NCBI GenBank assembly: GCA_963740475.1
Contig: CAVUEM010000012.1
Span: forward strand, 23,615 to 87,614
Reading direction: 5' to 3'
Length of the DNA: 64,000 nt
From: an uncultured Alphaproteobacteria bacterium
GTDB taxonomy: Bacteria > Pseudomonadota > Alphaproteobacteria > Rhizobiales > Hyphomicrobiaceae
A program made the position numbers and the translations under genes. Shown piece after piece: positions 9,308 through 19,009 of the stretch. The notes below the pieces were generated by a model, which saw only the letters and a list, made by a program, of their open reading frames with translations, was not told where the DNA came from and made no database searches. Numbering within the stretch: the first letter of the stretch is position 1; each line of letters starts with the position of its first letter.

Positions 9308-9445
9308 CGAGTGAGATCGGCGGATCAGGCGACGAGGCGCAATGACGCGATATGCTCGGCAATGAAGTCGGGAATTTCGGCAGCCGGCAGCGGCTTGCTG
9401 AAGAAATATCCCTGGAATCCTGGAATTGGCGGCAAGTCGTTGCGC

Positions 9446-10021
9446 TCAACTCTTGGCCTTGTCGCCTCGCCGCCAGGCTTCGATGCGCTCCATCAGCCAT
9501 CCCCAAGCTTCCTGCTCCTCCGGGCCTGCCGTCTTGGCCATGGCAATTTCGAGATAGCGTAGCTCGGCCTCGACCTTCTCGGGCGGCAGCATGTGGAGCC
9601 GCGTCGACAGCACGGCAAGCTCGAGCACGGCCCCCTGCGCCCGGTTGAACCCTCGCCACGCGCGATCGCTCGCCGCGTGCACCACACGGCAGTGAAAGCG
9701 CGGACGCTGCTCGTCCTCGGCGACGTGGGTGACCTCGAGCTCCCAGTGCGAAACAGCGTCGGCAAGGCGCCGGCCTTCGATGACCTCGGCCGGAACGAGC
9801 GGCCAGCTCTTGCGGCCGGTAACGCAGCCCGCGAACACGCGCACGTCGTCGGTGTGGCTCGCGACCGCAAAGGGATGCGCCCGGAGATTGTCGAGCGTGC
9901 GCGACGGTCGGAACGGGGCGAGGATCCAGCCCGCGCCGTCCGCGATGAGACCCAAGGGCGCGATGTGGGCAGCGCCCGCGGCGTCAATCGTCGTTACGAT
10001 CGTCTCGGCGATCCGCGGCAT
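9446..10021 (-). CDS. orf21: DUF447-family protein Orf21
   Basis: ETIVTT, HIAPLG, PFRPSRTLDNL and FNRAQGAVLELAVLSTRL..LPPEK motifs. Start at 10021 overlaps the orf20 end. Confidence 0.85.
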   Translation of the reverse strand: MPRIAETIVTTIDAAGAAHIAPLGLIADGAGWILAPFRPSRTLDNLRAHPFAVASHTDDVRVFAGCVTGRKSWPLVPAEVIEGRRLADAVSHWELEVTHVAEDEQRPRFHCRVVHAASDRAWRGFNRAQGAVLELAVLSTRLHMLPPEKVEAELRYLEIAMAKTAGPEEQEAWGWLMERIEAWRRGDKAKS

Positions 10022-11417
10022 GCTTCCTCTCTTTGGCGGCCTTGAGGGTTGCTCCCTCGGGCGCGTGGCGCGCGAGGTCCTCGCTCTTCTTGTCGGCGGC
10101 GACGCCCCAGTCGAGGGGCGTGTCCTGCGCATATCGCTTGCCGAGCGCGCGCGCGATCTCGGCTTTGGCCAGCTCGTAGCCGAGATAGAACGCGTGGGCG
10201 CCGTCGTCCTCGACCCCGAGCTTCGCGAAGAGATCGAACGGATCTGCGGCCACGTGGTGACCATCTCGGTTGTAAATATGAAGCCCGTCCTCGGCGACCT
10301 CGATGCGAAAGTTCCCGTCGCGGACGGCCGAAGCCGCCGCGGCGATCTCCGCGCCCGATTGGGGAAAGGGCTTGAGCTCGTGGAGGGAGAGCAATCCCCC
10401 GCCATAGCCCTTGGGCAGGCTCGCGTCCTCGCGAGCCCGGAACATGAGCCGGCGCGCGGCGTCGTGCTCATGCACCGTCCGGCGCGTGTGCGGCGACACC
10501 TGGACGACGAGCAGGTTCCTGATCCTAAGCTCCGAGCAGATGCCCAAGAGGGCCGCCGTAACACCCTGGCTGTCGGCGTCGGTAAGCTCGGTCAGGTTGC
10601 CGGTCCCCATCAGGATCTCGGCATCGGGGCGCCGGCGGCGCAGCTCGGCGTAGCGCTCGAGCGAGGCCATGAAGCCGAAATGGATGGGGTCGAGAACCGG
10701 ATCGGCGATGGCCGCAAGGCCTTTCGCCTTCGCCGCATCGATCGCGCGCACGAGGGAGTCGAGGTCGCCGTGCGGCTTCGGCACCAGGATCGGGACGCAC
10801 GCCGTTCCCGCAACCGCATCGAGCGTCGTCTCGTCGAGGGACAGCACGAAGTCGGCCCCGGCGCGGGCGCCGCGTTGCAGCTCCTCGACGCTGCCTGAAT
10901 CGACGCTGACCGCGAGCCCTGCCGCCCTCAGGGTCCGGACCGCGTCCACAAGATGGGGAAACGCCACGTCGGGCTGGCAGCCGATGTCGATCACGTCGGC
11001 GCCCGCCGCCTTGTGCTCGAGCGCGCGGACGAGCAGGGCCTCGACGGAGAGCGTGGGCGCCTCGACGATCTCGGCAAAGATACGCATGTCGTGACGCGTG
11101 AGGTCGGGCGGCTGGCCGCCCTTGCCGAAGTATTGCGGGAGATCGACGATCTCGTCGGGACCGCGCTCGAAGGGCACGCCAAAGTGCGCGCCGAGGCTTT
11201 CTAGGTCCATGCGCACGCGCCCCGGCACGATGACGCGCGACGCCTCGAGCGGCCCCTTGAGCCTGTTCTTGACGATCGCCTCCGTCATGAGCGCCGCGAC
11301 CTTGATGCCGACGTTGGCGATGCGCCAGGAGCCGTCCGCGAGCCCGAGGCCGGCGACCGTCGTCTTGAGCCGCGTCTCGGCAAGATGACCTGTCAGAAAA
11401 AGGAGCGTGTCAGCCAT
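9984..11417 (-). CDS. orf20: Dihydropteroate synthase-like pterin-binding protein Orf20
   Basis: LFLTGHLAE, VAALMT, ERGPDEIVDLP, GADVIDIG, VSVDS, ADPVLDPI, MGTGNLTELTDADS and HAFYLGYELAKA motifs. Confidence 0.9.
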   Translation of the reverse strand: MADTLLFLTGHLAETRLKTTVAGLGLADGSWRIANVGIKVAALMTEAIVKNRLKGPLEASRVIVPGRVRMDLESLGAHFGVPFERGPDEIVDLPQYFGKGGQPPDLTRHDMRIFAEIVEAPTLSVEALLVRALEHKAAGADVIDIGCQPDVAFPHLVDAVRTLRAAGLAVSVDSGSVEELQRGARAGADFVLSLDETTLDAVAGTACVPILVPKPHGDLDSLVRAIDAAKAKGLAAIADPVLDPIHFGFMASLERYAELRRRRPDAEILMGTGNLTELTDADSQGVTAALLGICSELRIRNLLVVQVSPHTRRTVHEHDAARRLMFRAREDASLPKGYGGGLLSLHELKPFPQSGAEIAAAASAVRDGNFRIEVAEDGLHIYNRDGHHVAADPFDLFAKLGVEDDGAHAFYLGYELAKAEIARALGKRYAQDTPLDWGVAADKKSEDLARHAPEGATLKAAKERKHAADRRDDRNDD

Positions 11418-11450
11418 CGCCCGGTTCGATCAGCGGGCTCCCGATTGGAG

Positions 11451-12113
11451 CTAGAGGCTGCTAGCACGCGCACGCCGGGCCGTCGACGGCCGGGCTAAAG
11501 CTTTGTTACGGGAGCTGCGCCGCGCGGCCGGTCGATCTGCGCCGAGGCGTGCCGCAAGCTCGGCCTCCTCGCCGGGGCCGAGCACCCGCCAGTCGAGACG
11601 CGCGCGGCTGACGATCTCGGCGAAAACGGGGTCGACCACGCCCGCGCGAGAGAGCGCCTCCGCGGTCGCGGCCTTGTCCACGCGCCGCGACTTCACCAGC
11701 ACGACGGGGGCTTCGAGGCGCTCGGCGAGCCGCGCGGCGAGCGCGTCCGACGTCGCCGACCAATCGTGCGGGATGGCGCGATCGCGCCGGGCGAGGCGGT
11801 ACGCCATCCAGACGGGGATGCGCCCGGTCGCCATGGCGCGCCGCATCTCTGGAACGGTAGAGGCCGGCGCCAGGCGAGGGTCGAGCTCCAGGAACAAGAG
11901 CCCCATCTGCCCGGTGGCAAGAAGCGCCATGTCGTGGGCTGTTGCGTCGGAAAATCCAGCCGCCGTCTGAGCCGCACGCACCGCATCTGCGAACGGTCCC
12001 CCGCCCGGCACGATGACGGCGCCCCGTCGCGCACCCGCGACCACGCTCAGAACCCCGGGGAGCCGCCCCGTCTCGGCGAGGCTGCCGCCGATCTTGACGA
12101 CGGTTGGCGTCAT
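11451..12113 (-). CDS. orf19: Amino-acid-kinase-fold protein Orf19 (MfnE homologue)
   Basis: VVKIGGSL, IVPGGGPFADAVR, AHDMALLA and IPHDWSATSDALAA motifs. ATGA overlap with folB. Confidence 0.88.
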   Translation of the reverse strand: MTPTVVKIGGSLAETGRLPGVLSVVAGARRGAVIVPGGGPFADAVRAAQTAAGFSDATAHDMALLATGQMGLLFLELDPRLAPASTVPEMRRAMATGRIPVWMAYRLARRDRAIPHDWSATSDALAARLAERLEAPVVLVKSRRVDKAATAEALSRAGVVDPVFAEIVSRARLDWRVLGPGEEAELAARLGADRPAARRSSRNKALARPSTARRARASSL

Positions 12114-12499
12114 GAATTGGCCGCGCGGGAGCGCGTGATCTCGACGCCACGCACCGGCCCCCTCTCCAGCTTCTCGATGCACACGTAGACGGAGGCGATG
12201 CGCGGATCGGCGAGGCATCGCTCGGCGATGCGCTCGGCGAAGGTCTCGACCAGATTGATGTGGCCTTCGGCAGCGATTGCGGTCACTGCATCGATGAGCT
12301 CGGTGTAGGAGGGCACCTCCTCCATTTCGTCGCGCACGCTGCGAACCTCTGGCGCAAGCTCCGCCTCGATCGTGAGGCGCACCGTCTGGGTGACGCCCTT
12401 CTCCTCGGCGTAGACGCCGATGTTGCAGTCGAGGACCCAGTCGCGCACGAATATGGCGCCGCCGTCCGCGCCCATGCCCGCACGTCGTCGCCGTGTCAT
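12110..12499 (-). CDS. folB: Dihydroneopterin aldolase
   Basis: IFVRDWVLDCNIGVYAEEK..TQTVRL, SYTELI, HINLVETFAERIA and IEKL motifs. Confidence 0.85.
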   Translation of the reverse strand: MTRRRRAGMGADGGAIFVRDWVLDCNIGVYAEEKGVTQTVRLTIEAELAPEVRSVRDEMEEVPSYTELIDAVTAIAAEGHINLVETFAERIAERCLADPRIASVYVCIEKLERGPVRGVEITRSRAANS

Positions 12500-13260
12500 T
12501 GGGCGCGCTCCTCGACGCGAACGCGGCGTCCCGCCTGTCCGCGCCCGGCACCCCGGACGGCTCCCTTCACGGCCAAGAGAGCCGCCGCGTCGACCGCCGC
12601 TTCGCGATCGCCGTCCTTGCAGAGCGCGCCGCGGAATCCGAGCACGTCGGGCGCGAGCGGGGCGAGAGCCGCGACATGCGTCGCTCGCAACGACCCCGCG
12701 AGCCCGGCGAAGAGCCCCGCCTCGTGGACCCGCGCCACGAAGTCCTTGAGCACCTCATGCGAGAGGTGATCCGCAAGCGCGCCTCGAGACTTGTCGGCCG
12801 TATCAAGCATCGCGCCGACGAAGGCCGCCCGCGCCATCGCCTCGATGAGAGCGAAGTCCGGCGTGCGGTCGGCAAAGAGCACGCCGACAAGCTCGCATCG
12901 GCCGAGGTCGAGCGCACCGAGCGTCTTGATGGTTGCAGCCGCATCCCCCGGCGCGAAGACGCCGACCTTGACGAAGTCGGCGCCGGCCTTGGCTATTGCG
13001 CGCGCGCCGTCGGCGATCCGGCCGGGCTCCGCGCACGGCAAGTCGCCGAGCGTCGCGCTGACCGGGACCTTGCGCGGGACGGCGGCGCGGATCGCGGCCA
13101 CGACGTCGGCGGGAAGCGCGCCGAGCGCCCCCGCCGCAGGATCCTTGCAGTCGATGATGTCCGCCCCGCAGAGCGCGGCCACCCTTGCTTCGCTCTCACT
13201 CGTGACGCTGGCAAGAAGTCGGATCTGCCGGCGCTCGGGTGTCATTGTCAGCTTGCTCAA
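12496..13260 (-). CDS. orf22: DUF556 / MfnB-like (5-formylfuran-3-yl)methyl phosphate synthase Orf22
   Basis: LLASVTSESEA, GADIIDCKDPAAGALGAL, VSATLGD, MLDTADK, GLAGSL and LGFRGALC motifs. Start is the TTG at 13260 or the ATG at 13245. Confidence 0.9.
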   Translation of the reverse strand: MSKLTMTPERRQIRLLASVTSESEARVAALCGADIIDCKDPAAGALGALPADVVAAIRAAVPRKVPVSATLGDLPCAEPGRIADGARAIAKAGADFVKVGVFAPGDAAATIKTLGALDLGRCELVGVLFADRTPDFALIEAMARAAFVGAMLDTADKSRGALADHLSHEVLKDFVARVHEAGLFAGLAGSLRATHVAALAPLAPDVLGFRGALCKDGDREAAVDAAALLAVKGAVRGAGRGQAGRRVRVEERAQ

Positions 13261-13266
13261 GCTTGC

Positions 13267-13995
13267 TCACGTGTCGCCGAAGATGCGCTCTTGTTCGGCG
13301 TGCACCTTGTCGCGGTCGGTTCTCTCGGCCGTCGAAAGGCGCACGGCCTCGTCCTGGATGATAGTCGCAGACGTGGCGGAGAGACGCAAGATGCGGGTCG
13401 CGAGCATCACGGCTTCCGCGCGGTCGTGCGTGACGAAGAGAACGGTCGTGGGCCGCCTGTTCCAGAGCGCGATCAAGAGCTCCCTCAGACCATGCGCGGT
13501 CGGATCGTCGAGCGAGACGAAAGGCTCGTCCATGAGAAGAATGTCGGGCTCGAGAATGAAGCCGCGGGCGAGCGCCGCGCGCCGCTGCATTCCGAGCGAG
13601 AGGCGCTCGGGGTATTGGGTCGCGAAGCCTTCGAGACCGACCTGCTCGATCATCTCGGGGATAAGCGCGAGGCGGGGGTCGCCCTCGGGCAGCGCCAGCG
13701 CGATATTCTCCTCGACCGTGCGCCATGGGAGCAGCCGAGGCGTCTGAAAGATGTAGCCGAGACGGGCGTCCGGCTGGGCGAAGGTCACCTCGCCGTCGTA
13801 GTCGTCATCGAGCCCGGCGACGATGTTGAGAAGCGTCGACTTGCCCGCCCCAGACGGCCCCGTCAGCACGACGAACGAGCGCGGTGCGATCTCGAGCTCG
13901 ATGTTCCCGAGAACGGTTTGAGCTTCCCTGCCGGCTGCGGCGGGAAACGTCTTCCTCGCCACGCGAATGACGACGTCGCTCTTCACCGGCGCCAT
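13267..13995 (-). CDS. NitT/TauT-type ABC transporter ATP-binding protein
   Basis: Walker A GPSGAGKST, signature LSLGMQRR and Walker B ILLMDEPF. Confidence 0.9.
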   Translation of the reverse strand: MAPVKSDVVIRVARKTFPAAAGREAQTVLGNIELEIAPRSFVVLTGPSGAGKSTLLNIVAGLDDDYDGEVTFAQPDARLGYIFQTPRLLPWRTVEENIALALPEGDPRLALIPEMIEQVGLEGFATQYPERLSLGMQRRAALARGFILEPDILLMDEPFVSLDDPTAHGLRELLIALWNRRPTTVLFVTHDRAEAVMLATRILRLSATSATIIQDEAVRLSTAERTDRDKVHAEQERIFGDT

Positions 13996-14771
13996 CTCGT
14001 CACTCTCGCGGCAATCGGCTGCAGGATCGTGAACTCGATCAGCTGGACGACGATGATGAAGGCGAGCGCGTAGGCGAGGATCATCGACACGTCGAAGAGC
14101 TGGAAGTAGATGCCCAGCTGAAAGCCGACCCCGTTCGAGCGGCCGAGCAGCTCGACCACGAGCACGATCTTCCAGACGAGCGAGAGGCCGGTGCGGGCCG
14201 AGGCCAGGAAGAAGGGGGCAAGCTGGGGCAGCGTCACGTGGCGCAGCGTCCTCCACCAGCCGAAACGATAGACCCAGGCCATCTCGGCGAGGTCGCGAGA
14301 GAGATTGCGCGCCCCCTCGCGCACGGTCACCGCGACGTTCGGGATCTTGTTGATGGCGACGGCCGTGATTGCGGCGAGCTCGGTGCGCCCGAACCATACA
14401 TAGCAGAGGATGATGATGACGAGCGCGGGCAGGTTCAGGAACAGTATGACCCAACTGTCGAAGAACCGGTCAGCGGCCTGGTTGCGGCCTAGGAAAAGGC
14501 CGATGGCCGAGCCGATCAGCATGGCGACGACGAAGGCCACGGCGACGCGCGCGAGCGTGATGGCGATCTGGTAGCCAAGCTCTCCCGACGCCGCCTCGCG
14601 CGCCATGACCTTCGCGACCGTCACGGGCGTCGGCAGGTGGCGGTGCTGAATGAGGACCGCGAGCACCTCCCAGAACAGGAGGAAGGCCACGATCGAGGCC
14701 AGCGACCAGCCGAGCCGCACCGCCCACGGCGGGGCTGCGCCGGTGGTCGCCGCGGCATTAGCTCGCTGCAT
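13983..14771 (-). CDS. NitT/TauT-type ABC transporter permease
   Basis: Multiple TM segments, LPTP..V, NLPALV and an EAA-like loop (LAEMAWVYRFG..TLRHVTLPQLAP). Overlaps both neighbours. Confidence 0.9.
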   Translation of the reverse strand: MQRANAAATTGAAPPWAVRLGWSLASIVAFLLFWEVLAVLIQHRHLPTPVTVAKVMAREAASGELGYQIAITLARVAVAFVVAMLIGSAIGLFLGRNQAADRFFDSWVILFLNLPALVIIILCYVWFGRTELAAITAVAINKIPNVAVTVREGARNLSRDLAEMAWVYRFGWWRTLRHVTLPQLAPFFLASARTGLSLVWKIVLVVELLGRSNGVGFQLGIYFQLFDVSMILAYALAFIIVVQLIEFTILQPIAARVTRWRR

Positions 14772-15744
14772 GGTGAAAGAGCTTCGGATCGAACACGGTG
14801 CCTTCGCCGACGAGCTCTTTGTCGCCGGATTCGACCAGCACCTTCATGAGCCTCTCGGCGGCACGCATTTCTCCTTCGCCCCATGGACCAGGGATTCCCG
14901 CGCGATAGGCGGCCATGATCGAGGCGAGCTCGGCGTCGGAGGCGGGCTTTACCAAGGGGCGCAGGCGCTCCCAGGCGGCGTCCGAGGTGGCGAGCACTTG
15001 GTTGGCCGCCTCCACGGCATCGAGGAACGCCGCGATCTCCTTGGCATGCGCGCGCTCGAAGTCCTCCTTCCAGATGAAGCCGACGAGCGCGGGCACGGGC
15101 ACGATGTCGAGCGCCTTCATCACGTCGGCCATGGTCAGGATCGCGGAGTAGCCGGACCCCGTGAGGCGCGCGGAATGGGTCCAGAAGTTGAGGACGGCGT
15201 CGATCCGCCCCGAGCGGATCTCCTCGGTCAAGAGCGGCGCGGCTCCGAACGAGGCGTCGGCCAGCTCGGCGACATCCCTGCCGAGCGTCTTCCTTGTGTA
15301 GGCGCGTAGAAGCAGCCAGCTCTTGTCGATCGCGGAGCCTGCGACCCCGAGCCTCTTGCCCTTGAGGTCGGCGAGGCTGTGGATGGGGCTGTCCTTCGCC
15401 ACAACGAGCGAGCCGAGCGCCGATGAGTAGGGCGAAAACTTGAGCGCCTCGCCCAGCGCACGCTGGCGCATCGCCCACGTCCAGTCGCTGACGATGATGT
15501 CGGCGCCCCCCGAGAGAAGAGCGACAGGCCCGGCCTGGTTCGACGCAACATCGACGACCTCGATCTCGATGCCCGCCTTCTTGTCGAGCCCTTCGCGTTT
15601 TATCGTGTCGAGGACCCAGGAGAGCGAGCCGTATTTGACCGACCCGACGCGCAATGGCGCCGCGGCCGCGGCTCGGGCAACGCCGAGCGCTGCGGCGCCC
15701 ACGAAAATGGCCGTACCGTAAAGGAGGGAGCGGCGATCGATCAT
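14758..15744 (-). CDS. SsuA/THI5-like periplasmic binding protein, PqqT-like (candidate PQQ-binding)
   Basis: Tat-like MIDRRSLL leader and LKGKRLGVAG..DKSWLLL segment, recalled as similar to Methylorubrum PqqT. Located in a xox-linked cluster. The PqqT call needs an alignment. Confidence 0.7.
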   Translation of the reverse strand: MIDRRSLLYGTAIFVGAAALGVARAAAAAPLRVGSVKYGSLSWVLDTIKREGLDKKAGIEIEVVDVASNQAGPVALLSGGADIIVSDWTWAMRQRALGEALKFSPYSSALGSLVVAKDSPIHSLADLKGKRLGVAGSAIDKSWLLLRAYTRKTLGRDVAELADASFGAAPLLTEEIRSGRIDAVLNFWTHSARLTGSGYSAILTMADVMKALDIVPVPALVGFIWKEDFERAHAKEIAAFLDAVEAANQVLATSDAAWERLRPLVKPASDAELASIMAAYRAGIPGPWGEGEMRAAERLMKVLVESGDKELVGEGTVFDPKLFHHAAS

Positions 15745-16274
15745 TGCGCGGCTCCCTCTTCCGCGAGCAGCCGGTTCTTCGCGAGCCACTTCACGCCGTG
15801 GAGCCAGGCTTCGTCGGTATTGCCCTGAATGAGCACGCTCGCGTTGCGCACGAGCCGGCTGTTCGGCACATCGATCACTGCCACGGTAAGGCTGAGGTGG
15901 GTTTCCGATATCTTATCGACGACGCTTGTGACGGCGAGGTCGGCCTTGGCCTTGGCGGCGAGATCGATCTCGCACCCGTTGCAGGCATGGAGCGGCGCCG
16001 CGGCGGCGATTTCCTGGGAGAGCCCGCCGAGATCCACGATCTCGTAGCGCTGGTCGGCTGCAAGGCGCTTCGACAGCTCCTCGCGCGCAAGCTCAAGTCG
16101 CGCCTGCTCCTCCTTGCTCGGCCCCGTCGGAGCGGTAAAGAAGTCCTCCTCGCTCTTGGGAAACACCATGTCGAAAGGGAACACGGCCACTTTCTGGCCC
16201 GCGCTTGCGGCCGCTGGAGGGCCGAGGACCGGCGTCAGAAGCGCCAACGCGCACGCAATAAGGGATTTTCTCAT
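15741..16274 (-). CDS. DUF3280/DUF2380-family exported protein (MxaH-like)
   Basis: Signal peptide, then KVAVFPF, CNGCE, VDKIS and GNTDEAW..GV motifs. ATGA overlap with the binding-protein gene. Confidence 0.75.
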   Translation of the reverse strand: MRKSLIACALALLTPVLGPPAAASAGQKVAVFPFDMVFPKSEEDFFTAPTGPSKEEQARLELAREELSKRLAADQRYEIVDLGGLSQEIAAAAPLHACNGCEIDLAAKAKADLAVTSVVDKISETHLSLTVAVIDVPNSRLVRNASVLIQGNTDEAWLHGVKWLAKNRLLAEEGAAQ

Positions 16275-16506
16275 GGGGGTCCGGGCGGTCCATCTGCGGC
16301 AGACAGGGATAACACTATAACGTGCGTCGTCGAGCCCCAGATTTGCAAGCCCCTGCCTCGTCGTTCGCCATCACGCGCTGTAACAAAGTTGCGAGCCGCC
16401 GGCGCCGTCAACTTGACATTCTCGGTTGCGATGCGATCTTTCCCTTAAATGTGTAACACTATACCGGCAACCCGGCATTGCCGGAGGCGTCATCGGGAGA
16501 CAGGGA

Positions 16507-17883
16507 ATGGCTGACGACGCTGGGACGGAGCTCGCGCTCGCCCGGTGCACGGGCGGACTTGGCAGCACCGGTCTGGCTTTTCTCGCGCTCGCGCCCATTC
16601 TCGTTCTTGGTCTTTGTGCTGCCCTCCCGATCTCCTCCGCGCGGGCCGAGGAGCCGCCGGCAGCACCCTCCGAACCCGCCGCGACTGCGCCGGCCACACC
16701 TGCGGCAGCCGAAACTCCGGCACCGCCAGCAGAGGCGCCAGCCGCCGAGAGCCCGCTCAAGTTCCGCATCGTGCTCGCCCGCGAGCTGAGGGAGGACCGG
16801 CTTCCCCCCTTGTCGCTGCTCGACATTCCCCCTCCCGACGACGGGATCGCCGGGGCCAAGCTCGCCATCTCGGACAACAACACCACGGGCCGCTTCCTCG
16901 GCCAGGAATTCTCGCTCGACGTCGTCCAGAGCGCGAGCGCGGACGAGCTCGTGGCCGAGGTCCAAAAGCGCGTCGCGGAGGGCGCGGGCTTCGTCGTCAC
17001 CGACGCTTCCGCCGGCACGATTCTCAAGATGGCCGACGCGATCAAGGACAAGGAAGCCGTCATCTTCAACGCCAGCGCGCCGGACGAGGCCCTGCGCGAG
17101 GAGGAGTGCCGTGTGAACGTCAAGCATACGGCGCCCTCGCGCTCCATGCTTGCCGATGCCCTGGGGCAGTACCTCGCTTGGAAGCAATGGCGAAAGCTGG
17201 TCCTGATCATTGGCCCCACGCCCGAGGACAAGGCATGGGCGGAGGCGCTGCGGCGCAGCGCGAAGCGCTTCGGCTTGAAGGTCGTCGAGGAGCGCGAGTT
17301 CAAATACGATCCCGGCAGCCGCCGGTCCGACGGCGGCTTCGAGCAGATCCAGCAGCAGATCCCCGGCTTCACGCAGGGTCTGCCCGACCACCAGGTGGTC
17401 GTGGTCGCCGACGAAGGCGAGCTGTTCGCCGACTATTTTCCCTACCGGACCTGGGACGCACGCCCGGTTGTCGGCTCGGCGGGCCTCGTGCCCACGACCT
17501 GGCACCCCGCGGTCGAGCTTTGGGGCGGCACACAATTCCAGAACCGGTTCAAGCGGCTGGCGGGCCGCAACATGCGCCCGCTCGACTACAATGTGTGGAT
17601 GGCCGTGCGCTCGGTCGGCGAGGCCGCGACGCGCAAGAAGACGGCGGCCGCAGGCGAGCTCATCGCCTATATGAGGTCGCCCGAGTTCGAGCTCGCCGCG
17701 TTCAAGGGCCAGAAGCTCACCTACCGCGCCTGGAACGGCCAGCTCCGCCAGCCCATCATTCTGGCTACCGCGAAGATCCTGGTGACGCTCTCGCCGCAAC
17801 CCGGTTTCCTGCATCAGTTCACCGAGCTCGACACGCTCGGCGTCGACAAGCCGGAAACGAAATGCAAGGCCTTCGACAAGTGA
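16507..17883 (+). CDS. PQQ-ADH-system ABC substrate-binding protein (LutA-like, LivJ fold)
   Basis: GAKLAISDNNTTGRFLGQ, HTAPSRSMLADALGQYL.WKQW, QFQNRF, WMAVRSVGEA and FKGQKLTYRAWNGQLRQP motifs. Ala/Pro-rich N-terminal linker. Start uncertain. Confidence 0.85.
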   Translation: MADDAGTELALARCTGGLGSTGLAFLALAPILVLGLCAALPISSARAEEPPAAPSEPAATAPATPAAAETPAPPAEAPAAESPLKFRIVLARELREDRLPPLSLLDIPPPDDGIAGAKLAISDNNTTGRFLGQEFSLDVVQSASADELVAEVQKRVAEGAGFVVTDASAGTILKMADAIKDKEAVIFNASAPDEALREEECRVNVKHTAPSRSMLADALGQYLAWKQWRKLVLIIGPTPEDKAWAEALRRSAKRFGLKVVEEREFKYDPGSRRSDGGFEQIQQQIPGFTQGLPDHQVVVVADEGELFADYFPYRTWDARPVVGSAGLVPTTWHPAVELWGGTQFQNRFKRLAGRNMRPLDYNVWMAVRSVGEAATRKKTAAAGELIAYMRSPEFELAAFKGQKLTYRAWNGQLRQPIILATAKILVTLSPQPGFLHQFTELDTLGVDKPETKCKAFDK

Positions 17884-17936
17884 TCCGAACCGGCCCCTTC
17901 CACTCGTAACAGGCTCGCCACCTTCAGGAGCATGAC

Positions 17937-18920
17937 GTGAAAAAGACGATGCCGACCTTGGTCCCCCTCCTCGCGCTTGCTGCGGCCGGCCTCTCGGCGT
18001 CGCCGGCCATGGCCTACAAGGTGTTCATCTCCAACGAAAAGGAGAACACCATTTCGGTCATCGACAGCGACAAGCTCGAGGTCATCCACACGATCAAGAC
18101 CGGCAATCGGCCGCGCGGCATCATCATGGCCAACGACGGCAAGTGGGTTATCGTCTGCGCAAGCGATGACAATACGCTCCAGGTGTTCGACGCCAATACC
18201 TTCGAATATATCAAGGACCTGCCGTCGGGCCCCGACCCCGAGCTGCCGATCCTGCACAATGCCGGCAATCCGCTCTACGTGTCGAACGAGGACGACAACC
18301 TCGTCACCGTCGTCGACATCTTCAAAGGCAACGTCATCAGCGACATTCCGGTCGGCGTCGAGCCGGAAGGCATGGGCATGAGCCCCGACGGCAAGACGCT
18401 CGTCAACACGTCGGAAACGACGAACATGGCCCACTTCATCGACACGGCGACGCACAAGACGTACGACAACGTGCTCGTCGACAACCGGCCGCGGGTGGCT
18501 CAGTTCACGCCCGACGGAAAGCAGGTCTGGGTCAGTGCCGAGATCGGGGGCTCGGTCACGGTGATCGACGCGGCCTCGCGCAAGGTCCTCGCCAAGATCA
18601 AGTTCGAGATCCCGGGGATCAATGCCGACGCCATCCAGCCCATGGGCGTGCGCCTCAGCGCCGACGGAAAACGAGCCTACGTGGCCTTGGGGCCGGCGAA
18701 CCGCGTTGCGGTGATCGACACGGCGACGTTCAAGGTCGAGAAGTACCTGCTCGTCGGCCAGCGGGTGTGGAACCTGGGCTTCACGCCCGACCAGAAACTG
18801 CTCTTCACGACCAACGGGACGTCCAACGACGTGTCGGTGATCGACACCGAAAACCTGAAGGTTCTCAAGTCAATCAAGGTGGGACGGTATCCCTGGGGCG
18901 TCGCCGTGGCCCCGCACTGA
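17937..18920 (+). CDS. PQQ-catabolism-associated YVTN beta-propeller protein (LutB-like)
   Basis: Signal peptide followed by seven YVTN-type blades (FISNEK, LPSGPDPE, GVEPEGM, VNTSETT, RPR, LLVGQRVW, GRYPWGV). Confidence 0.88.
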   Translation: MKKTMPTLVPLLALAAAGLSASPAMAYKVFISNEKENTISVIDSDKLEVIHTIKTGNRPRGIIMANDGKWVIVCASDDNTLQVFDANTFEYIKDLPSGPDPELPILHNAGNPLYVSNEDDNLVTVVDIFKGNVISDIPVGVEPEGMGMSPDGKTLVNTSETTNMAHFIDTATHKTYDNVLVDNRPRVAQFTPDGKQVWVSAEIGGSVTVIDAASRKVLAKIKFEIPGINADAIQPMGVRLSADGKRAYVALGPANRVAVIDTATFKVEKYLLVGQRVWNLGFTPDQKLLFTTNGTSNDVSVIDTENLKVLKSIKVGRYPWGVAVAPH

Positions 18921-19009
18921 GGCCAGGGCCTCGAAGATCGGATGACGGATGCGCCAGGCTGTAGGATATTCCGGTCTCTTCGCGGCCGGAAGAGAGACCA
19001 CACGCTGCT

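Noticed and set aside
9266-9562. Similar short ORFs MMDAKRLHQERSRSR at 9266 and within 36528-36749
   Set aside because: The shared peptide is just the translation of the mosaic repeat, with no evidence of a gene.
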